DNA from: Paramicrosporidium saccamoebae KSL3
Lineage: Eukaryota; Fungi; Cryptomycota
NCBI GenBank assembly: GCA_002794465.1
Contig: MTSL01000178.1
Span: 1 to 10,029 of the forward strand
Length of the DNA: 10,029 nt
Direction of reading: 5' to 3'
Under the pieces are notes generated by a model that searched no databases, had not been told where the DNA came from, and worked only from the letters and a program-made list of their open reading frames with translations. A program made the position numbers and the translations under genes. Shown piece after piece: positions 1-5,756 of this stretch (positions within the stretch are counted from its first letter, which is position 1; the number at the start of each line of letters is the position of its first letter).

Positions 1-1280
1 CCAAGGGGAATGAGTCGGTCGAAAAAGTACGAGAATGCAATCAAATTCTTGGTGCGAATTGCAGGCTGATGGATGCCGTTGAAGGAGCAGGGATGGACAA
101 GACAGGGATCCTCCTTGCGGAACACTGGACGCACCACATTCAGACACGCGTCCCAACCCGACGAATCGCCTGTAAGGGCAAACATCTTTCCGCTCTTATC
201 CACGTCCTCCTTGTGTCCCTTTGTGTAGCAGGGAAAGCGGAGGGCCCGTCCGTCCGACGAATCAGCCAGCATTTTTTGAATGTGTGCCAATTTTATATTC
301 TTCCTCGCCTCCATTAGTCCATAGCCCAAATAGCTCTGTTGGTACAGGTCTACCTGATTTCCATGCAACGCAAGACGATAATAATATTGTGGATGTTTGA
401 GCGGATCAATGTCTGCATATCCATCCCGTGCAATTGCAAATACAATCTGTGTCGAGCCACCACCAAGATCCATGACGACTGAGGTTTCGTCGGGGAGGAA
501 AGGCATTGAGGTGAAGCCGGGACGGAGTTTATCTTGGAGGAAATTGACTGTCACCCAAGCAAAAACGCCCTCTTCCGAGCCGTCCATAACAGCCACCGCT
601 TCGCTGTGGGAAAGTTTTCCATCTCCCAACAGAAACGGATGCGTCTTGATGAATTCTCGCACATTTTGGAGAATGCCCGTCACTGAATACTCTGGAAGCA
701 GACGTAGGCCGGCCGTAGCCTTGACAACAAGCGGCGTGCATTTTCGCGTATCAGGTGGTACTCGCGCCACTGCCGAATCCAAAAGAGGCTTTAGAGATTT
801 TGCAGCCTGCAGAGGGTCAGCATGGTAATGACTAAGGCCAGGCTTGACTTCCTCAAATACCTCATCAACTAGCACATTCAGCTTCGATCCGCAGAACTGG
901 AATTCGTAGACGTGTACCCGAGAGCCGGTGGATCCTGCATCAAATATAATTGCATGTCTGTTTCTTATCCGCTCCTCCTTGCCAGTAGCATCTACGTGGC
1001 ACACCTCTCCCACCTTTCTAATCCCGGCACTGCCTCGAATGGGCGCTCCATCAGGCTGCCAGCCTGGCCGTCTCCGCCAATCTGAAACAAGGAAATAATG
1101 GACAGCTGCCATTAGCAGTAGCAGTGACACTCTTCGATAAACAGCTGTGCGAGAGTTTCGCATTTCGAGAGAGTTGGGCGAGAGGTAACCCATCCTGGTC
1201 TCGTGGGTGGTGGGAGAGAGATGGACGTGTTCTGGGAGAACGGGGGCCGAGGCGGCTGATGATTCTCTCTCGTCGCTCAT
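1..1280 (-). CDS. GDA1: GDA1/CD39-family nucleoside diphosphatase (Golgi GDPase, type II membrane protein), 3'-partial
   Basis: Manual translation gives an uninterrupted minus frame from ATG 1280 to the window edge, so it is missing from the ORF track. It contains apyrase conserved regions IIFDAGSTGSRVHVY, VKATAGLRLLP, VMDGSEEGVFAWVTVNFL and VMDLGGGSTQIVF, plus SYLGYGLMEAR, CSFNGIHQP and FSYFFDR. A single N-terminal hydrophobic anchor reads RRVSLLLLMAAVHYFLVS. In-frame ATGs at 1193 and 1163 are alternative starts. Confidence 0.93.
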   Translation of the reverse strand, partial: MSDERESSAASAPVLPEHVHLSPTTHETRMGYLSPNSLEMRNSRTAVYRRVSLLLLMAAVHYFLVSDWRRRPGWQPDGAPIRGSAGIRKVGEVCHVDATGKEERIRNRHAIIFDAGSTGSRVHVYEFQFCGSKLNVLVDEVFEEVKPGLSHYHADPLQAAKSLKPLLDSAVARVPPDTRKCTPLVVKATAGLRLLPEYSVTGILQNVREFIKTHPFLLGDGKLSHSEAVAVMDGSEEGVFAWVTVNFLQDKLRPGFTSMPFLPDETSVVMDLGGGSTQIVFAIARDGYADIDPLKHPQYYYRLALHGNQVDLYQQSYLGYGLMEARKNIKLAHIQKMLADSSDGRALRFPCYTKGHKEDVDKSGKMFALTGDSSGWDACLNVVRPVFRKEDPCLVHPCSFNGIHQPAIRTKNLIAFSYFFDRLIPL

Positions 1281-1487
1281 GCTCCCCATTTGGGAATTGC
1301 CTTTGTTTCATGTATCATGTTTCCTTTTTGGGACGTGACCCAATCAAGTAATGGATTTATCGATAAAAGCAGTGCTGTTTTACAGTATATGTATAGGGAG
1401 CCTACCGGCTCGTGTAGAGTGGCAATTTGGGATCCGAGACGTTGCTCATGCTCTCCATTTGGGTACTGCCTTTGTTTCACGTACCAT
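1271..1487. repeat. Direct repeat B: GDA1 start region (1271-1318) duplicated at 1440-1487
   Basis: cgtcgctcatgctccccatttgggaattgcctttgtttcatgtatcat versus cgttgctcatgctctccatttgggtactgcctttgtttcacgtaccat: 42/48 identical by hand alignment. It includes the minus-strand ATG AGC. Confidence 0.9.
1402..1449 (-). other. Chimeric 15-codon micro-ORF / candidate uORF MSNVSDPKLPLYTSR*
   Basis: ATG AGC AAC GTC TCG GAT CCC AAA TTG CCA CTC TAC ACG AGC CGG TAG. The start derives from the GDA1 start copy and the remainder from the GPAT C-terminus copy. There is no evidence of translation. Confidence 0.4.
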
Positions 1488-1553
1488 TGTGACGTAGAGG
1501 TAGAGGATTGATTAGTTGGGTATGTGACGTAGAGGTAGAGGATTGATTAGTTG
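1488..1553. repeat. Perfect 31-bp tandem duplication (period 35)
   Basis: TGTGACGTAGAGGTAGAGGATTGATTAGTTG occurs at 1488-1518 and 1523-1553. Confidence 0.95.
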
Positions 1554-1926
1554 AGTGTTTGTGTGCTAGAGTGGATCGCTTTGCTGGGTATTTGAGGACA
1601 GTGAAATGTGTATCCATACTATTATAGGATTAACAGTAAACAAACCCTCCCTTCCCGTCTGGTATTTTCCCCACTACGCGACACCGCGCTTCCTATTTAG
1701 GACGCGGTCCAATCCAAGAATGAATTTACTTGTTGTGTGGTGAGAGTATGACCACAGTGTCGATATAAATGCAAGACAGAGAATTATCAGTTGGTATGGA
1801 CTCACCGGCCTAGCATTGGGGAGTCGATATTTAACTTTTTTTCCATATTTGCACAAGTACCTAGCACCCAGCACTCAGCATATTGATAAGAGCAATGTAT
1901 TGTTTTACAGTGTATGTATAGAGAAC

Positions 1927-3581
1927 CTACCGGCTCGTGTGGAGCGGCAGATTGGGATCCGAGACAGTCTGGGGAGAGTCGCACTCCATAAAGAATCCCT
2001 CCGTTTCTGGTAGACTTATGGGAGAGATGCGGCCTTCCTCCAGACGCTGCTTAAACCAATACCGCCAACTACTGTTCTCGAGTCGGCGCTCGGCCACATG
2101 GGCAGAGTATTCGTTAGGGAGGGGAAGAGGGGGAGAGTGTTGGCGGGCAGAACGACTGTAAAAGCGCCAGGTCTGGATAATATCGTCCTTGTGGTCCTTG
2201 ATATGACGGACGAGCGCCTGGGCCGGATCAGCCCGATCCTCTGCCATGAGCAGTTGGTTCTTGATTTGCACTACAGCTGCATCAGAGAGCCAGGCGGGCA
2301 GATAGGGAAGGGGACAATTAGAGGAACTTGGAACACTGGTACCCAGAGGCACCGCAATAGGACCGCACGAATTGATCTTTGTCTTTCCATTCAGAACGGG
2401 TCCCTCCGCAACCATTCCCTCGGGAATAGAATCCACTGGCGTCATTCTCCTCCTCAACGAGGAAACGTACTTTTCCTGCGAATTCTTCCTCATCTTTTCG
2501 CGATCCTGGTTCCGCATGCAATTCTTCATGTATCCGTCCCATGACAGACACCGCAGCCCCGCAGTCTCAGAGATGAGCGCCTTTACTCGATTGGCAAATT
2601 CAATTCCCGTCTCGTTGGGCTTTCGACGCTGTGGGGGAAGCCACCAGACATCAGCAATCATAAACCAGCGTGTCATTAGGTATAGGGCGTGCTGTGTAAA
2701 GGTTTGTTCGCGCGTGTTCCAGTAGGGATCGAGGAGGCGCTTATTGTATTTTATGGCGACGGGACAGACAAGTGCGTCAAGCTCAAAGGCTCCCTTATGA
2801 AAGAGGACAGTGCTTTCGTTATTCACACAGGTGCCCTCCGGGAAGATGATCAGTGGAGTTGTCTGAGGACGTTTGTTAATGTGTGCCTGCATCCGCTTGG
2901 CAACAGCCACACGATCACGCGCTTCATTACGATTGAAGAAGAGTGATCCGTTTGCTATAAGAGCGTATTTTTGGAACCAGCCAAACAGTCCGCCGTGATT
3001 CTGGGCTACCGTCGCATGGGGGATTTTGTGGGAGCTCATCAAAAAGTAATCAATAAAACTGGTGTGGTTGGCAACAAACAAGTGCGAGTCCTTTGGTGAT
3101 GGCTTCTTTCCGTGGTGTCTGATAAAGGCAGAGAAGCTGAAAAGCCAGGCTTGGCAGTAGACCTTGAAGACCAGTAACAGGAACGGCTGGCTTCGACTGA
3201 CAATGGCTATTGGCAGCAAGAGCACAAATAAAATGCTTGCAGTCAGAATAATGCCCAATCTGATGGGAAACAGGATGCCGTACCGGATTGCCATGCCTCC
3301 TAGGTACAGCCAATACAGCAGGGTGCTCTTGGGTTGCACCGTCGGCTTTGGTTCAAAACATTTGCTGAATTCGTCTCGCGATAGAGCCTGTGCTGCATAC
3401 GATAGGAACATCATTCCATCCTCGAATGCAATCCTATCGACATTAGCCGTTGTGGAGTGGAGAGTTACAGTCGCTGGGACGGAGTTTGTGGGGCAGCGTG
3501 CACCGGACGCATCCGGTCGCGGTGTACAATAGGAGAGACCAATTTGATGGTTGGGATGGGCATGGCGAGTCCCTCGGTCAT
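1927..3581 (-). CDS. Glycerol-3-phosphate acyltransferase, GPAT3/GPAT4/plant GPAT9 type, with a long C-terminal extension; join(3581..3469, 3433..1927), 539 aa
   Basis: Acyltransferase motifs VANHTSFIDY (HxxxxD), FFNR, IFPEGTCVNN and FHKGAF are present. Family-typical segments include DEFSKCF, IRYGILFPIR, PVAIKY, ADVWWLPP, FANRVKALIS and LSWDGYMK. The ORF-track start (3414) lies inside the region homologous to the GPAT9 N-terminal block. Removing the 35-nt intron joins it in frame to ATG 3581 (or 3563). The core assignment is strong; exon 1 is inferred. Confidence 0.9.
3434..3468 (-). other. 35-nt spliceosomal intron in GPAT
   Basis: GTAACT...GGCTAAT...GATAG, with the branch A 9 nt from the 3' end. 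Splicing removes an in-frame TAA and gives CT|G ATT GCA TTC GAG GAT GGA ATG in the GPAT frame. Confidence 0.78.
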
Positions 3582-3588
3582 CCCCAGT

Positions 3589-3622
3589 CTACGTCGTGAG
3601 GGATTGCGGTGTGACTGCTTAC
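3589..3622 (-). other. Probable 34-nt 5'UTR intron of GPAT
   Basis: GTAAGCAGTCACACCGCAATCCCTCACGACGTAG has a near-consensus donor, a CTCAC branch with the A 8 nt from the end, and a TAG acceptor. Size and geometry match the three coding introns. The upstream in-frame sequence meets TAA (3658-3660) before any ATG, so it appears to be UTR. Confidence 0.6.
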
Positions 3623-3823
3623 ATAAATCCCACGATAAGGTCAAAGGAATAAAGCGATTATTTCTTTACTGTTTGGCGGGCTTTCAACAGTCCGTTAGGA
3701 TGGCAAGGGTAGAATGGGATGAGCAGTCGAGTTAAGAAGGGTTGGGCGAGTCGATCCGAATTGCAAGTAGATACAAGCGGGTATGGAGGGCTCAATGATT
3801 GATCGCCCGTCTGGAATTGGAGG

Positions 3824-3829
3824 TTTATT
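3824..3829 (-). terminator. Candidate polyadenylation signal (AATAAA) for ribophorin I
   Basis: Minus-strand AATAAA lies 60 nt downstream of the stop at 3890. It is part of the palindrome TTTATT-A-AATAAA (3824-3836). Confidence 0.4.
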
Positions 3830-3845
3830 AAATAAATGTTCTTCC

Positions 3846-3901
3846 TTAATTACAAGATCAGCAATAATCGCAGAATCAGATATAATTAATTACAAGGTCA
3901 G
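3846..3901. repeat. 16-bp direct repeat duplicating the ribophorin I stop region
   Basis: ttaattacaagatcag (3846-3861) versus ttaattacaaggtcag (3886-3901): 15/16 identical, 40 bp apart. Confidence 0.75.
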
Positions 3902-5713
3902 TAGACGGGCTTCGCATTGGAGCACCCGCTCGTCCAAATCAACAGCATCTTTTTCCAGGCGCGATACAATGTTGGCAGATGACTCACTTATCAGTGACCG
4001 GAGCTTTGCCAACTGCTCCTCATACAGCTTCTTGAGGGCTACCGTAGCCATCAGTGTAGGTCGATCTACCGGTTCTTCATCAGAGAGAACCCTTGCTACC
4101 TCCTCCGAAACACTGAAAAGCTCATCAATGCACGCCCGGGCGTTCTCCTTTTCGCTTCGCACCGATTCTAGATCATGTAAAAGTCCACGTCGCTCACGGA
4201 ATAGCTTGGCTATCATAATACGACCTTTTTCACGATCGACCTGATGGAGACCAAGATTGGCCTCACCAAGTTGGATGAGTAGCAGAACAACTAGGATGCA
4301 AATGGCCGCAGTCATGACCGGTAGTCTAAAGATTGTCCAGCGGGGGTAATCAAAGATCATGGCCGCCTGTCCTAGATGATCTTTGGCAACATTTTTGAGG
4401 TTGATGGAAAATACCAAATTGTCGCCGGCAAATAATGGCATGGGTATTGTAAATTCCTCCTTTATGCTTACAAAAGTGTCCACCGCAGTGACAATGGGTG
4501 CCCCATATGCGGTGGAACCGGCAGGCAAGACTATGCGAAACTTGAATTCGTCAATAGTCACGTCATTGTAAATATCAAACAGGGGCACAATAATCCTCTT
4601 GGCCTTCAGGTTGTCTTCTTTGATATAAACATTGTCAATGAACCCGTCCATCGGCAATGAATAAGTCGCAGTCCAAGCCATATTCCATCCCCCACTAACA
4701 GGGAACCGCGGTGGGACCTCAATTACATGCGAAGTGGGCAGTACTGGCGAGGGACGGCGATGCATGGGGGAGTGGATCAGTCCAACCTCATCCCGGATCT
4801 GGAATTCACTGGCCTGGGAGGGCACTGATATGGGAATCAGCGGCAAGATTTGACTCTCCATTCCGCGCTGGTGAAGTCCTTGAAGGAATTCGATTCGGTT
4901 GAAGCTGTCATCCTTTGTTTTGTGCCCCAGATTGACAATTTCGTACTTTTCAGTGACCAGTAATCGCTTTTTTAATGGACTGATCTCTACCGTGCGTTCC
5001 AGTTTTTGAATTTTGTAAAAAGGCAGCCTCGTCACTGTAAAGTGAACCCAAAGCGATCCCAGTGCATCATGTAATGGTGCAGTGTTTTCATAAACACCAC
5101 AGGTGTACATTGTTCCCGGGAGAGCCCCACCCGCTGGTACTGCGCTTCCTTTCAGACTTCGCGGTTCTGGACAGCTGATCTTGTTCATGGTAAACTCTTT
5201 GATCATCAGCACGTCTGTCTTTTGTCTCAGCGTCGGATAAGGCGAGTAGAAGACGGACGACATTTCACATCGTACCCCTAACGGTGTCTTCTGGTCAGCT
5301 ACCGAGGGTGTCATGATGTAGCGATTGACATAGCTGATTCCTAGCCCAAAACTGACTTTTGGATTGCTTCTTGTCAGTGGAGTCGGAAGATTGATGACAA
5401 AGCAGCGGTGTCCAATGGGACAGTCTGTCTTTTCCGTAACGGGAAGCCTTGAATTTGGACCAGTGTTACCGATGGCGCTAATGTGACTAAAGTCTGCCAC
5501 CATGGCGGTCGGCAGAATGACTTGGTAGTTGTGAACCGGTCCTGCCGTATTCTCATCCAGCGCTGCAACTATCGAGTATTCCTCACGCAACACTGGTGAG
5601 CTAAGATAGACCACCCGCTTTACTTGCTGGTTCACCAATCCCTCTGGGGCAAAACTGTCCAGCAGCACAGCACCCGCCGAGGCGAGGAGCACGCCAAAGT
5701 GCATGAGATTCAT
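3890..5713 (-). CDS. OST1: Ribophorin I / oligosaccharyltransferase subunit 1 (RPN1/OST1), 607 aa
   Basis: Signal-peptide-like N-terminus, then LVNQQVKRVVYLSS, FYSPYPTLRQKT, SFNRIEF, IRDEVGLIHS and PPRFPVSGGWNMAWTATYSLP (ribophorin I RFPLFGGW motif). One C-terminal TM segment (PVMTAAICILVVLLLIQL) is followed by a helical cytosolic tail. The start may be 5713 or 5704. Confidence 0.88.
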   Translation of the reverse strand: MNLMHFGVLLASAGAVLLDSFAPEGLVNQQVKRVVYLSSPVLREEYSIVAALDENTAGPVHNYQVILPTAMVADFSHISAIGNTGPNSRLPVTEKTDCPIGHRCFVINLPTPLTRSNPKVSFGLGISYVNRYIMTPSVADQKTPLGVRCEMSSVFYSPYPTLRQKTDVLMIKEFTMNKISCPEPRSLKGSAVPAGGALPGTMYTCGVYENTAPLHDALGSLWVHFTVTRLPFYKIQKLERTVEISPLKKRLLVTEKYEIVNLGHKTKDDSFNRIEFLQGLHQRGMESQILPLIPISVPSQASEFQIRDEVGLIHSPMHRRPSPVLPTSHVIEVPPRFPVSGGWNMAWTATYSLPMDGFIDNVYIKEDNLKAKRIIVPLFDIYNDVTIDEFKFRIVLPAGSTAYGAPIVTAVDTFVSIKEEFTIPMPLFAGDNLVFSINLKNVAKDHLGQAAMIFDYPRWTIFRLPVMTAAICILVVLLLIQLGEANLGLHQVDREKGRIMIAKLFRERRGLLHDLESVRSEKENARACIDELFSVSEEVARVLSDEEPVDRPTLMATVALKKLYEEQLAKLRSLISESSANIVSRLEKDAVDLDERVLQCEARLLTL

Positions 5714-5746
5714 GCTTAGTCGGAAAAGGCAAAATTACAAGCCCAA

Positions 5747-5756
5747 TTTATTATTA
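5747..5756 (-). terminator. Triple stop TAA TAA TAA with embedded AATAAA at the APM1 end
   Basis: The minus strand reads ATG TAA TAA TAA ATT. AATAAA at 5752-5747 is only 33 nt before the OST1 ATG. Confidence 0.5.

Larger units (their letters stand above)
1358..1965. repeat. Direct repeat A: GPAT last 12 codons, stop and proximal 3'UTR (1881-1965) duplicated at 1358-1440
   Basis: The core 1376-1440 versus 1901-1965 is 58/65 identical, and 6 of the 7 differences are transitions. Similarity extends about 18-20 nt further with a 2-nt indel. Confidence 0.92.

Noticed and set aside
1051-1511. ORFs 1051-1311, 1277-1480, 1124-1351 and 1290-1511 with paired similar peptides (MKQRQFPNGEHE / MKQRQYPNGEHE)
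   Set aside because: The similarity is simply the DNA duplication read in other frames, and they overlap the real GDA1 start.
1736-1850. U6 snRNA: 5' hairpin, ACAGAGA at 1776-1782, T-run and TTCCATATTT at U6-like spacing
   Set aside because: The catalytic AGC triad (ATCAGT here), the internal stem-loop and the conserved AAGGATGA segment are all missing. It was kept only as a generic ncRNA candidate.
1674-1874. 66-aa minus ORF with a TM-like stretch (YQLIILCLAFISTLW)
   Set aside because: It starts at GTG with no in-frame ATG. No intron matching the local 31-35 nt pattern rescues it, and no family similarity was recognised.
1488-1880. MITE or transposon explanation for the extra spacer
   Set aside because: No terminal inverted repeats, target-site duplication or transposase remnant could be identified by eye.
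3610-3617. HomolD box CAGTCACA upstream of GPAT
   Set aside because: A single 8-mer has a fair chance of occurring in 10 kb, and it lies inside the probable 5'UTR intron.
5715-5738. 24-nt GTAATT...CTAAG intron before the OST1 ATG
   Set aside because: It is shorter than the validated introns, has an AAG acceptor, and lacks a correctly placed branch A.
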